From NCBI RefSeq assembly GCF_006345805.1, contig NC_042998.1, positions 54,932,001 to 54,996,000 of the forward strand: a stretch of DNA of 64,000 bases, in the 5' to 3' direction. Position 1 is the stretch's first letter. The number at the start of each line of letters is the position of its first letter. The position numbers and the translations under genes are program-made. This document shows, one piece after another, positions 1 through 13,314 of this stretch. The notes under the pieces are model-generated. The model did no database searches and was not told the DNA's origin. It was given only the letters and a program-made list of their open reading frames with translations. The DNA is from Octopus sinensis. Lineage: Eukaryota.

Positions 1-135
1 TTTGCCTTCCATCCTTTCGGGGTCGATAAATTAAGTACCAGTCAAGTACTGGAGTCGATGTGATCGACTATTCCCCTCCCCTCAAAATTCCAGGCATTTT
101 GCCTATAGTAGAAAGGATTATTATTATTGTTGTTG
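1..135 (+). mobile_element. SINE family B, 3' part with the alternative (ATT)n tail; similar-tail copies at 17310-17525, 21405-21615(-), 22180-22385, 23065-23270, 35255-35470(-), 36340-36550, 37775-37992(-)
   Basis: Core CCTTCCATCCTTTCGGGGTCGATAAATTAAGTACC followed by CCCCTCCCCTCAAAATT..GCCTATAGTAGAAAGGATTATTATT. Confidence 0.85.
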
Positions 136-1197
136 TTATTTATAATAGTCATAATTATTTTTATATATCTAGTTCCGATCTATAAACACTTAGCTCTACA
201 AAATTGCTTGTAATTAACCAAACATTTGGTGTATTTGATACTTTCATTCACAGCATGATGGAGTCATTTGGTAAGAATGTCAGGAGGAAGTAATCGAACG
301 TCAGCTCATCCTGAAAGATATTAATAGATATAATTAAGTCTATTTTACTCGGCGGTAATAACTGTAGCGTATAATTTCGTTTGTTGCTTTTCCAATATTT
401 CAGTATACAGTTTCCAAGTCACAGTTCTGCGAGTGTAAAATGTCATTGCTGTTTAATACGGGTAAGGCCAGTGAACTTATTCAGTTACTGGATACTAGAG
501 TTCCAATTTCAGCGTTCACTCCGTATTAAGAGTTCAGATTCTGTTTTTTTTTTGTTTTGTTTTTTTAACTATGGCTGTAATTGTGTACATAGAAAAGTAA
601 TTTGACATCTTGAAGACACAATATTAATTAAAAAATAGAATGCCATTTCGAGTCTTATCTGTGAAAAATACACTTTCTCACAACTGCTGCATCTTCTTTC
701 CGTGTAAAACGTAGGCATGGTAGTCTTTCTTGGCGCTGTGTCAATCGTATCAAGCTTTGCCATGGTCTGTACTAGTTTCGATGTATTTGAAATTTGCTCT
801 TCCTCTTTGATAAAAAAACATTACAGACAAATATAATAGAAAACAAAACAAGAATTAATGGGAAACTTTTAAAAGACTAATTTTGTAAGCTTGCAATATA
901 TATAGTTGCTAGTATGTTAAACGATCGTATGTCCAAATTTGGCAAAATACGTTTTTTTTTTTTTTTTCAGTATTTATTTTTGCTTGCAATTGCCGGTTCT
1001 TTTGGCCAAACTGTCGTATTTCCAGCTGCTTCAGATGCCAAAATATCAAAGTTGTCAAATTACAGTACAACGGTTTTGCTATGGAATGGTGAAGTTATTT
1101 TTTCGTCTTCTGAAAAAGCAACGTTTTGGAGTTGCAGCACTTTTGCATAATAGCAACGACAGGCTCACCCCCACATATATATATGTACGAAAACAAC

Positions 1198-1527
1198 TTT
1201 TTAAGCCTAGTACTTATTCTATCGGTCTCTTTTGCCGAACCACTAAGTTACGGGGACGTAAACACACCAGCATCGGTTGTCAAGCGATGTTGGGGGGGGG
1301 GGGACAAATACAGACACATAAACATACACACACACCACACACACATATATATATATATACATATATACGACGGGCTTCTTTCAGTTTCCGTATAACAAAT
1401 CCACTCACAAGGCTTTGGTCGGTTCGAGGCTATAGCAGAAGACACTTGCCCAAGGTGCCACGCAGTGGGACTGAACCGGGAACCATGTGGTTGGTAAGCA
1501 AGCTACTTACCACACAGCCACTCCTAC
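1198..1527 (-). mobile_element. SINE family A copy
   Basis: Matches the family A head and body. Confidence 0.85.
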
Positions 1528-1552
1528 ACACATACATGCACACACACACACA

Positions 1553-1755
1553 CACACGTGGTCTGATCAATAAGTATCTGAACTATTGGCATAGTAACGA
1601 AGCTAAAGCACACAGAGTGTAGCCGCTTGGCACGGATTGACCTTGATCTCTGCTATGCATGCGCACTAAATGATAATATTCTAGCTCACTTCCGCTGTTT
1701 ACAGCAGTGCTTGGAAGAAAGGTGTGTAGCGTGTGATCGTCGTATTGTGTCAGTT
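1553..1755 (+). mobile_element. Mariner-like 5' terminal fragment
   Basis: CACGTGGTCTGATCAATAAGTATCTGAACT resembles a mariner TIR; no partner end found. Confidence 0.4.
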
Positions 1756-2384
1756 ATTGGACTGCAGCCATGCTGGGGAAACGCTTTGAACAAATCGACT
1801 TCAAGACTTATTTTTAAACCTGGTACTTATTCTATCGGTGTTGTTTTGAGGGACCTCTGGGCCCAGGAGGCTCTCTCCATCCTCTTTGTCTTTCTTAGTG
1901 CAGTCAGCTCCCAGAATGGTATCTAGGTGCCTATGTGCTGTCTAATAAGAACATAGGAACGGGTGAATTCACGTTTCTTCCACTCTATATGGGCCGTGGT
2001 TCTGGGAAAACCATTATATATATATTCTATCAGTTTCACTTGCCGACTTTTAATTTATGGGGACGTAAGAAAGCCAACACCTGTTGTGAGGGGATGGTGC
2101 AGAGCAAACACAAAAACAAGAACATATACACATCCATATACATACATACTTACTCACACACACACACACACACTAACACGCACACACATCCATTTTTCGG
2201 ATTTGACTTGCAAAAATCTTGCTTTCTTCTTTCTCTGATGCAAATGCACATGCCACTTATTAAGTTTCAAGAGCTTTAAAGATCGGTGCTTAGCTCAGAT
2301 CTTTAAGCAAATGCGAGACACCAGCCAAATGAGACAAAAAATTCAAATTGACTTGCTACTTATACAACACTTATAGTTAAAATA

Positions 2385-2640
2385 AATCTTGGCTGTGTGG
2401 TCAAGAGCTTACCTGGCAACCACTGGTTCAATCCCACAACGCGGCACCTTTGGCAAGTGTTTTCTACTATAGCCGTGCGCTGACCAAGGTTTATGAGTGA
2501 ATTTGGTCTGCGGAAACAATGTGAAAGCCTGTTGGGTGTGAGTTTGCGTGTTTATATAGAGATAATACATACATACATACATACATACATGTCAAGTGAT
2601 ATTGGGGTGGGGGGCAAACACAGACACACAAACCTATACA
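2385..2640 (+). mobile_element. SINE family A, partial diverged copy
   Basis: Head and body similarity. Confidence 0.7.
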
Positions 2641-3278
2641 CATATACATACATATACATACATACATACATGCATGCATGCATACATAGATGTATACACA
2701 CATACACATACACACACACATATATATACATACATACATACATACAACACTGGTAACATTGTTAATCCACAACTAAAGAATATTTACCCAATAAAATGCG
2801 GTGTTGATCCCTCACTCTCCCTGTTCTCCCTATTGTATATATGCATGTCTGTGCGCGCTCACGTGCGTTTCCAATCACTGTTTGATAACAGGTGTTGTTT
2901 TGTTTTCATCCTCGTACTTAGCAGTAGGTAATATTAGTACATGTGTGTATAACATATAATTATTACATGTGTATGCATTCCAATACTTTCTAATACTATG
3001 GAATAAATAGACATACTAGAATGTCTACCGACTGATGTATGTCATTTATGTATCCATTTTCTTATTTGCCTCATGAATTAAGGGTAAACCACTTTTTACC
3101 CCCCACCCATATATAACACGCAAATGCGAGATTGCCACGCAATAACTAGCACTTGGGTATGAATAACTGGGTACACTACCAGCCGTATATTAGATAGGTA
3201 CTATCCATTAGTTGGTTGGTTTCTCAACCTCTAACTCGTACAGATATGTGTGTGTGTGTAAGTATGTATATATACATG

Positions 3279-3334
<56 letters not shown>

Positions 3335-3379
3335 ATGTGTGGGTGTGTGAGTACGTATATATATATACATATATACATA

Positions 3380-3423
<44 letters not shown>

Positions 3424-3525
3424 TATATATGTATAGGGAGAATTCATGAAAAAAACAAAAGACGAAGATAGGTGTTGTAGAAAACAAACAGATGTATTAG
3501 TTTAACGCTCGGGAAGTGAAAACGT

Positions 3526-3561
3526 CTTTAACGTTTCGAGCTTACGCTCTTCCACAGAAAG
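3526..3561 (-). ncRNA. Hammerhead-like motif with CUGU(N)GA core variant; related copies at 15290-15326 (-), 55141-55176 (+) and truncated at about 41165
   Basis: CTTT-CTGTGGA-A-GAGC(gtaa)GCTC-GAAAC-GTT-AAAG, within a shared repeat of about 170 bp (3440-3600, 15190-15360, 55090-55265). Confidence 0.55.
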
Positions 3562-4501
3562 GAACACAGAAAGAAACAAGGAGAGAAAAAAAATGTGTGT
3601 AGTGGCTACCATCTATCATATATATTATATATATATATATTACGGAGATGTACTCGCATAGCAAGTAATTTGATCTGAGATCGTGTGCTGAAACGAAAAC
3701 AATTGCAGCGTGGAAGGTGTTTATAAGCCATTTAAGAAACACACAAAAGCCGTTCGATTCACTTCAACATTTAAGTTTAATTTGTCAAAATATTGTCGTC
3801 GCTAAAATCCGCGACCTGTTCACTGACAAAGTCCGTGCTGCATCTAACCGTATATATACGTGCTGCATCTAACAGTATATATATATATATATATACATAT
3901 ATATATTTATAATTAGTGGGAGAGACAGTATTAATACTGAGAAGTAATATATATATGCTCACTTAAACGTGAATGTTCTGATAGAACAAACTATACTGCT
4001 GTAGATACCATGAGAGTTTCTCTCAGAGTCACGACCGTAGTATAGTTTGTTCTAACAGAACATCTACGTTTAGGAGGGGATAAATATTAACTTCAGGCTA
4101 AAGATGCTTTCTTTTCAGGAGCAATTGTGGGGAAAGGAAACAGAATGCTTCCGACAGAATTTTTTGTGGGTGGAAGCGTTCTTTTCGTCTTTTGTGTCTG
4201 TTATTGCTTTTAGACTGTCTGCAATGTGGGACCAGCGACAACAGGGTAGCCCTAAGGTAACACAAAAGGAAACGGTGTGGGAGGAAAGACAATTAAGACG
4301 AAGAAAATGTGCGAAATGGGATGAATTTTCTTGGCGTCAGTTTCTTAATTGATGTATTCATAATTGAATATAAACATGGTGTATATTTTGTAATACATAC
4401 GCGCGCGGATGTGTGCGTGTGTAAATGTATGTTACCATATGTGCAAAATTACATTCGAGTGTATGTCACAATACTTGTATGGATGTATGTGTATACACAC
4501 A

Positions 4502-4532
<31 letters not shown>

Positions 4533-4535
4533 CAC

Positions 4536-4574
<39 letters not shown>

Positions 4575-4604
4575 GTGTGCATATATATTCTTTTTCTTTT
4601 CTTT

Positions 4605-4800
4605 TTTATCATATTTGTTTCAATCATTTGACTGCGGCCGTTAGTCGAGCAAATCGACCCCAGGGCTTATTCTTTGTAAGCCTAGTGCTTAATTTATCGG
4701 TCTCTTTTGCCAAACCGCTAAGTTACGGGGACGTAAACAGACCAGCATCGGTTGTCAAGTGATATTGGAGGGGACAAACACAGACACACAAACCTATACA
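4605..4800 (-). mobile_element. SINE family A, 3' half
   Basis: TCATTTGACTGCGGCC..AATCGACCCCAGG..CAGCATCGGTTGTCAAG. Confidence 0.8.
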
Positions 4801-5819
4801 CATATACATACATACATATATACGTACATAGATAAACTTACTTGGAAAAGATGCGTGGCGTTCGGTCATATAATAATATAAATAATATATAAATATATGC
4901 ATATATATATACATATATGTACATACCTACATATATATGTATATATACATGCATATATGGGTACAGGACACCAAAAAAACGTTGAATACAATGAGAAGCG
5001 AAAACATAAAAACAAAAACATGGAAACGAACTTTTTTCAGACAACGAAAAAATAGAGTACAAGACATACAACTCAAGGAATATTCCCCTTCTTCAGTTGT
5101 CCCTGTTTCGTCTCCTCCGCGTTCGAAGGTAAGGACAGGACGCGACTTTGTTGAAACACTCCTTCCCGCAAAGCAAATTAAATAAAATTTGGGATTTTTT
5201 TGCGGAGAGGTAAAAGTGGTAACAAGAACAGGACAGTAAGAACAAAACAAGATAGTAAAAACAATACAAGTAAAACCAGTAAAAGACAGGACAAAGAGAA
5301 AAACACAGTAAAAACAAACGTTGAGGGCTGTTAAGTCAAGACGATGGAAAAATTATTGTGAACGCATTAAGGAGACAGCTTGTGAGAGGGACAGGATAAG
5401 CAGTCTTGTTTTGGTGAAGATAGCAGTCGGAAAGATGGCTTCCCTCTGGTCACGTGTCAGTGACGAGAGAGTCGAGGAGGAGGAGGGTGAGGAGTATGAG
5501 AGAGGGAACGGTGAAGGGGAGAAGGGAAGAATAGGGAAGGGTGGGAGAGAAAACCAGAAAGGATGAAGAACAAGAGAGGGAGAGATATAGACGAAGAGTG
5601 CGCATCATAATTATTAAGATAAAACTTACTTGGAAAAGGATGCGTGGCGTTTTTTCCATATGTCCTGCAGAAGGTATCTTTACCCAGAAATATAGAAATA
5701 CAAAGACTGCAACTTAGTTCTATTTTCTTTTCCTTTTGTAGTTTACTTTGTACCTTCTCACATTGTTCCGGCCTCACACAACAGCCTTCTTTAAAATATA
5801 TATGTGAGTGTGTGCCTGT

Positions 5820-5871
<52 letters not shown>

Positions 5872-6084
5872 CACACTCACACACAAATACACAAACACAC
5901 ACATTCAATCTTCCATGTGTTAACATGTACCTCCTTGCGACAATGTAAACTTTCATTTAATCAAAATATCCTTGACCTGAAGAGTAGCCTGCAGTATACA
6001 CTTCGCTTGGACATTTACCACTTCTGAGGTTCCGCTCACTAGAAACATGCGTAGCCCAGATTTTATCTTCTCCATTTCTTAACT

Positions 6085-6137
<53 letters not shown>

Positions 6138-6315
6138 TTAAAATAGGATAAAATCTTTATAAGAAATTATCAAGTAGTTAGCGTGAAAAACCTCATAAGG
6201 GAAAAATTAATAAATTTTTCCCTTTAAATATATTTATTTATATTAAGGGCATTACTATACATAAATGCCTCACGCTAGGAGGGACTCTTAAAGTCAAAAC
6301 TACCATAATAAACAC

Positions 6316-6356
<41 letters not shown>

Positions 6357-6688
6357 CACTCACAAGGCTTTGGTCGGCTTGAAGCTATTGTGGAAGCCCA
6401 AACCGCCGCACAGGGGGACTGAAGCAAAGACCACACCTATTTATGTAATGAAATTATTAAAGAAATACTAATCAACTAAAATGACAATAAAAAAAAAATG
6501 TCTGCCGTCATTCCGTACAATATATATATGAGTAAATAGACATTCATTATGAAGCAATATTTTAACATTAGATTTATTAAAAGAGCAATCTGTATATTAG
6601 TTTGCTTATGACAACATCTCACTATTTCTCTCTCATTATATGTATGTGTGCGCGCATGTATGTGTGGTATGTGGTGCGAGTGGGTCAC

Positions 6689-6726
<38 letters not shown>

Positions 6727-7140
6727 ATATATATATTACATATTATATATACGTATATGCATATGAATATATTGTACGTATACATACACACATGTATTTA
6801 TATATATATAATATTAATATATATATATATTATATAAATGTAATGTTATATTTATTATGTGTATATGTATGTATGTATGTATGTATGTATATAAGTTTTA
6901 TATTCTAAGTTCTTTTATCAACTTATTAATAAGAGATCCAAACGTACTTAAGTTTAAGGCTGTCACTTATGTTTTTGTTGCATTTTATACATTTCTAATA
7001 TCATAATCTACATTATAACAAAGCTGTTTTACACACAACACACACACACACACAAACACACATTATATATATATATATATATTAATATACATACATACAT
7101 ACATATACATACATACATACATCTATGTATGCGTGTGTTG

Positions 7141-7237
<97 letters not shown>

Positions 7238-7906
7238 GTGTATGTATACAAAAACGTCATTCAGTGCTGAGATTCGTTTGTTTTGATTTTGTTGCTAAAT
7301 ACAATAACTAGAGTTTCACAAAAAATACTTTTACCCTCACCAAATTAAAGACATTTCGGTGCAAGATAATATTTTATATATGTTCTATGTTCTTTTTTTG
7401 TATTTATGTATTTATTTATTCAGAAATCTTATTCTGGAATAGGTATAAAACACATTGTCTCTGCAAGTTCATTGCGGTCTAAAACACTACAACTTTATAT
7501 GCAGTTTCTGAGATATTTTGGGGCATCACATAATATTCTTGTTCGTTCATTGACATTGAGAAAAATCAACAGAAGCATTAACGTTTGAAAGTTTTGGGAT
7601 ATTTATGTGAAAGGTGTAAAAAAAAAATCATGAATTTAAAAGTTTCCCTTTTAAAACGAGACCCTTATTTCTATTTGGAATATAACTTATCTTCCAGCAT
7701 ACAAGTCGAAATTTTCAGAACAAAATTTACAGCCAGGAAAGGCTTATACACCAAGATGACTTTGCAGTACCAAATATTCCACAGAAAATAAGAAGGATTT
7801 GGAAAGATGGTGAAGATGTTTGAATGTTTACGCTACATATTCAAACTATATACTACCTTGACTTATATGCCGGAAAATACGGTACAATGGCATCGATGTT
7901 ATTGAA

Positions 7907-7960
<54 letters not shown>

Positions 7961-7962
<2 letters not shown>

Positions 7963-8140
7963 TAGCGGGAGTGGTTGTGTGGTAAGTAGCTTGCTTACAT
8001 ATACATGGTTCCGAGTAGAGTCTCACTGCGTCACACCTTGGGAAACTGTCTTCTACTATAGCCTTGGGTCGACCAAAGCCTTGTGAGTGGATTTGGTAAA
8101 CGGAAACTGAAAGAATCCCGTTGTATATATATGTGTGTGT
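7961..8140 (+). mobile_element. SINE family A, 5' half
   Basis: GGGAGTGGTTGTGTGGTAAGTAGCTTG..GGAAACTGAAAGAA. Confidence 0.8.
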
Positions 8141-8387
8141 GTGCGTGTTTGTGTGTCCTGACCCTGAATGGGAAGACAAAAATGTTGTTTATCATGCGTC
8201 TCTGCAATTGTTTCCAAGTCGACAAATTATATCATTGTTCTGATGAAAATAGTTCATTGTTTGGAAAATATTGTTCAAGTTAAATAACATTTAAATATGT
8301 TCTCAATCCACGAAGTGTCATTGTTGGGCCTAAGACCCAATGAAAAGCCTTCTACAGGAGCTAGTTTATGTGTGTGCGTGCGTGTGT

Positions 8388-8426
<39 letters not shown>

Positions 8427-8567
8427 TATTGATATATTGTATATTGATAGAGATGATAGTAAGCTAGATAAAACATAGATACACAGATAGACAAACAAGT
8501 AGATACATGGACAGATAGAAAGACTCAAATATAGATACATAGAAAAATAGAAAGATAGACAGGCATG

Positions 8568-8623
<56 letters not shown>

Positions 8624-8636
8624 TAGACAGATAGAC

Positions 8637-8703
<67 letters not shown>

Positions 8704-8979
8704 CGAACAGAAACATTGCGAGTGAAAGATAGCTGTATAGATATCTAGCTTACTAGTTTAATGTCAGATATATTAATGTAGACATTTTAAATGCACTTAG
8801 AGAGAAGCGAAGAAGTAGGATAAAGAGTTAAAACCGAGCTGCTTTTGTTTTTGAAATAATAAAATACAAAATTTTATGATCTGACCTAAACCGACCTGAT
8901 CTCAAGAAATGCCTATCTACGTAAAATATTAAATGATTACCATACTTTTCTTTTCATCTGCACCACACAAGCACGCACG

Positions 8980-9021
<42 letters not shown>

Positions 9022-9166
9022 ACACACACACACAAGTATACACACGCAAACACATACACACAGAGATACTTCCCCACTAGACTAGGTATGCAGGGTTAGC
9101 TCGATGATTTACGAAGACGGAGTCACTTTTTTCACTGAAATAAGGGAACCGAAAGAAAAAAAAAAC

Positions 9167-9486
9167 TGTATTGGACTGAGCGAAAGCGACTTCGAAAAGT
9201 GATATAACAATACCAATATTCTTTCTAGCAAGTAGACAAAAAGAGCAGCATAACGCTCGCAAGCCACGCCAAGGTCCTGAAGAACAGCGATATATCAAAC
9301 ACCATCAAGTGGAATATCGTAGAGAGACCTGGGCCAAACATTAATTGGCGCCAAAAATTGCAGGCTGTGTATAGCTGGAGGGACACATGTCCTTATTATA
9401 TTGATGAACTGTACCGGCATTTTAAACTGGAGATCACAGGTTGTTACAAGATGTTTGCATCTGGACAAGTTTTTGCTATCGAACTG
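9167..9486 (+). pseudogene. Penelope-like element GIY-YIG endonuclease, C-terminal relic
   Basis: CIGLSESDFEK*YNN ... CRLCIAGGTHVLI..ILNWRSQVVTRCLHLDKFLLSN resembles the PLE C-terminus pattern YIG.TE..FK.RYNNH...C.LC..EK..IL....LLN.R.E....CRH..KF.L. Contains stops. Confidence 0.75.
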
Positions 9487-9859
9487 GATTATGCAGGTTA
9501 GTCTTTTCTCCATCCGACTACCCCAACTAGGCATAGTTTCCGTTATTTTGTTGGTTTTGTTTTTTAGGTGTAAATATTCAACATTGCAACTTTCTTCATT
9601 TAGCAATTACAGGAATATAACCTTTATCCTCCTTTCCCCTTTATGTTTTCTCGTACTTTCTAGCATTTCTTCACAAAGTAACTCTGTCGTTTGAGCCTGA
9701 AAGACTGGGTAGTGCTTAGTGCACTATACAAGCCTGTCCCATTGCTGTACTATCTGAGCATAAAAAAACTTGAAGTAGCTCATGAATAACTCATGTATTC
9801 ATTAAATCATATATAATATACATACATGTGTGTGCGTGTTCCTACTTAATATATACACA

Positions 9860-10409
9860 TATATATATATAATATATATATATATATCAACAATTGAGGG
9901 TAAAATTAATTAATTAATCAATTTCACCAAGTGTTCAGTATGTAAAAGGACCATTTAAGGCCGAATTCAAAATATTACATTATATAATTAGGGCTTAGTA
10001 AAATAAATTACTTTGCCACATACTGAACTTAGTAGAAAATAGCAGCCAAAAAAAAATTTTCTTAGCATTTCTACTACTTAAAAGAAAATTTCTCTCAGAT
10101 AATGTTTACTCCAGACAGCCCACGAAGGTTTGGAGGTAAATACAGAAAAATATCACAAGTACATAGATCGTTTGAGTACGTCAACGTTTCAAGATTAGCC
10201 AAATAAAATCAACATTTCTTTCGTCAGCTCAAAATTTCTTAATTTGGATTTGGAAACACTAAAAAGAAGGAACTTTACCAATCAGCGAACTTGTCGCTTC
10301 AGATGAACCACTCCAACTAACAGTATCAACAAATTCAAAATGCGCGGGTTTCTACTAAGTTCAGTATTGGGCAAAGTAATTATTTTACACTAAGCCCTAA
10401 TTATATAAT
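9860..10409 (-). mobile_element. Non-coding Penelope-like (pLTR-type) element with hammerhead and inverted end
   Basis: Inverted repeat of about 60 bp (9979-10038 vs 10349-10409) encloses the hammerhead. Flanked by (TA)n. Confidence 0.55.
10171..10233 (-). ncRNA. Type I hammerhead ribozyme, canonical core
   Basis: Minus strand: TTTGAG-CTGACGA-AAGA...TCTT-GAAA-CGTTGACG-TA-CTCAAA. 6-bp stem I, GUA cleavage triplet. Confidence 0.75.
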
Positions 10410-10456
10410 ATATAATATATATATATATTTAATATATATATATATATATATATATC

Positions 10457-10487
<31 letters not shown>

Positions 10488-10505
10488 TAATATATATATA
10501 TATAT

Positions 10506-10569
<64 letters not shown>

Positions 10570-10572
<3 letters not shown>

Positions 10573-10902
10573 AAGGCGCATGGCTCAGTGGTTAGAGCAT
10601 CGAGCTTACGATCGTGAGGTTGTGAGCTCGAATCCCGGACCGGGCTGCGTGTTGCGTTCTTGAGCAAGGCACTTTATTTCACGTTGCTCCAGTTCACTCA
10701 GCTGTAGAATGAGTTGCGACGTCACTGGTGCCATGCTTTCGACCTTTGTCTTTCCCTTGGATAACACTGGTGGCGTGGAGAGGGGAGGCTGGTATGGCAT
10801 GGGCGACTGCTGGTCTTCCATAAACAACCTTGCCCGGACTTGCCTCTAGGAGGGTAACTTTCTAGGTGCAATCCCATGGTCATTCATGACCGAAGGGGGT
10901 CT
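10570..10902 (+). mobile_element. tRNA-derived CORE-like SINE (remnants at 36900-37035(-) and 58390-58470)
   Basis: TGGCTCAGTGG and GAGCTCGAATCC boxes, then TTCTTGAGCAAGGCACTTTATTTCACGTTGCTCCAG. Confidence 0.8.
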
Positions 10903-10915
10903 AAAAATATATATA

Positions 10916-10959
<44 letters not shown>

Positions 10960-11365
10960 ATATATATATATATAAGAATTTTTTTGCGTAATAAGATAAA
11001 AAAAACCAAGGCTGTGTAGATATTAGAACATTTATAGATATAAGGTCTTGCAGCTGTTTCCAGGATATTTATTAATTATATCCCTTTATCGGAGACGGTG
11101 TGAGAGGAAGGTTAAGTAATAATTAATATAGATGGGATACAAAATAGAGTGAGGTGGAGGAAAGAAAACATATATATATATATATATATAAAGTTAATCC
11201 AAACAAGGAAACAAAAAAACAAAAAAAAACAACAACGCAAGGATGTGGAACAAATAAAGTATTATTGGACGCTCAGGAAAGAAGGGAAGAAGGAGGGTTT
11301 GACGTTTCGAGCGGAGCTCTTCGTCGGAAACATAGGAGAAAGAAACATCCCAAGACGGATATACA

Positions 11366-11405
<40 letters not shown>

Positions 11406-11544
11406 GTTACTAAGGTGACTAAGGGTACTAGTTAGAACCAGTATTGCTAGAAAGAAGTCAGAACAACTCTTAGCCACGAGAAGCACTTATCTAATGGGTA
11501 ATAAGGAAGACTAGCTCCCTATCACAAGCGAGACAGAGCCATAT

Positions 11545-11592
11545 TATCGATGATTTCGGATTTGAATAATTCTCATCAGTAACTCTCACCTG
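11545..11592 (-). ncRNA. Partly degenerate hammerhead core
   Basis: CTGATGA-GAATT(attc)AAATCC-GAAA-TCATCGAT-A. Core intact, but stems I and II are imperfect. Confidence 0.35.
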
Positions 11593-11595
11593 GTG

Positions 11596-11695
<100 letters not shown>

Positions 11696-11965
11696 GAAGC
11701 TACGTGGCCGTTCAGCCTGCAAGAAATGACAGTCTAATATCCTTCAAACAACACCCTGCGACAGAGGTGAAGTATTTTTGATTTACGTGGGCTGCACTGA
11801 CGTTAACAGCCATATGTGAAAATTACAATCTAAAATATTTTTCTTTCAATCAAACCGATTATTTTATACAATATAATTATTCATTAAAAACTTTAACAAA
11901 ATATTTTAAAATAAACAACCGCTCCCTTCCTCTACCCCTGTAAACCTTTTCGGTCTAATTTTTAA

Positions 11966-12038
<73 letters not shown>

Positions 12039-12041
<3 letters not shown>

Positions 12042-12335
12042 CCACTGCGTGGCATCTTGGGCAAGTGTCTTCTGCTATAGCCCCGGGCCGACCAATGCCT
12101 TGTGAGTGGATTTGGTAGACGGAAAACTGAAAGAAGCCTGTCGTATATATGTATATTGTGTTTGTGTGTCTGTGTTTGTCCCCCTAGCATTGCTTGACAA
12201 CCGATGCTGGTGTGTTTATGTCCCGTCACTTAGCGGTTCGGCAAAAAGAGACCGATAGAATAAGTACTAAAAGGTGGTGCTCCAGCATGGCCGCAGTCAA
12301 ATGACTGAAACAAGTAAAAGAGTAAAGAGTAGAGT
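12039..12335 (+). mobile_element. SINE family A copy, head missing
   Basis: Body and tail match. Confidence 0.85.
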
Positions 12336-12344
12336 ATATATAAT

Positions 12345-12394
12345 ATATATATATATATTATATATATATAATAATATATAATAATATATATAAT

Positions 12395-12480
<86 letters not shown>

Positions 12481-12503
12481 TATATATAATATATATATAA
12501 TAT

Positions 12504-12534
<31 letters not shown>

Positions 12535-12536
12535 AT

Positions 12537-12583
<47 letters not shown>

Positions 12584-12649
12584 ATATATAATATATATAT
12601 TTATAATATATATATACTATATACATATATATACATACATATATATAAA

Positions 12650-12702
<53 letters not shown>

Positions 12703-12797
12703 TATGTTATGTATATATCTATATATATATATATTGTATTGTGTATATGTATATGTATATATATATATATATCTATAATATATATATATATATATAT
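12345..12797. repeat. Long imperfect (TA)n tract
   Basis: About 450 bp of almost pure A/T. One of many (TA)n, (CA)n and (TATG)n tracts. Confidence 0.95.
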
Positions 12798-12798
12798 T

Positions 12799-12892
12799 CC
12801 TTGATTTTCCTGAAGAGAAATCTGCGTAATGTACTCCTTATTCCTTCGGAATTAGGAATATGCAGCCTTCGAAACATATGTCGAGAATAAGG
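12799..12892 (+). ncRNA. Type I hammerhead ribozyme, canonical core
   Basis: ATTTTC-CTGAAGA-GAA..CTGCGTA...TATGCAG..TTC-GAAA-CATATG-TC-GAGAAT. Stem III is the palindrome ACATATGT. Predicted GUC cleavage after 12882. Confidence 0.8.
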
Positions 12893-13212
12893 ATATTGTT
12901 AACTAGTCGTTCAACTCCATTCTTTCATATACTTATAATTTTAAATAAACATACAAATTTCCGCACGAAGACACGTAGTCTATGCCCTAGCGACGTAGCT
13001 TCAACCGTGTTCTTTCTGATGTGAATTTGCTACCCAGGTATCGGTTATCTTTCGAATTATCCTTAATAAGATAATTCATTCAATTACTCATATATACATA
13101 TATATATATATACATATATATATACATACATATATATATATATACATATACATGCATATATATATATATATATTATATATATTATATATATAATATATAT
13201 ATATTATATATA

Positions 13213-13247
<35 letters not shown>

Positions 13248-13275
13248 CTGTATGTATATATGTATGTATATGCAT

Positions 13276-13314
<39 letters not shown>

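Noticed and set aside
381-1170. Possible host exons (AG at 403 / GTAAGG at 462; T-run-CAG at 970)
   Set aside because: The splice-like signals are present, but several frames are open and no recognisable protein results. Unsupported without RNA data.
939-1622. 227-aa ORF and the many YIYI/THTH/CVCV/LLLL ORFs
   Set aside because: These are translations of SINEs and microsatellites, not genes.
5075-5160. Hammerhead candidates on the minus strand
   Set aside because: One lacks a CUGANGA core and the other lacks GAAA.
5967-6055. Eroded hammerhead (CTGAAGA..GAAACATGCGTA); similar cases at about 17240-17285, 27915-27970 and 53455-53490
   Set aside because: Stems I and II or the core are too degraded to call by eye.
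7699-7820. Possible exon HTSRNFQNKIYSQERLIHQDDFAVPNIP..
   Set aside because: Good acceptor but weak donor, with no homology or partner exons recognised.
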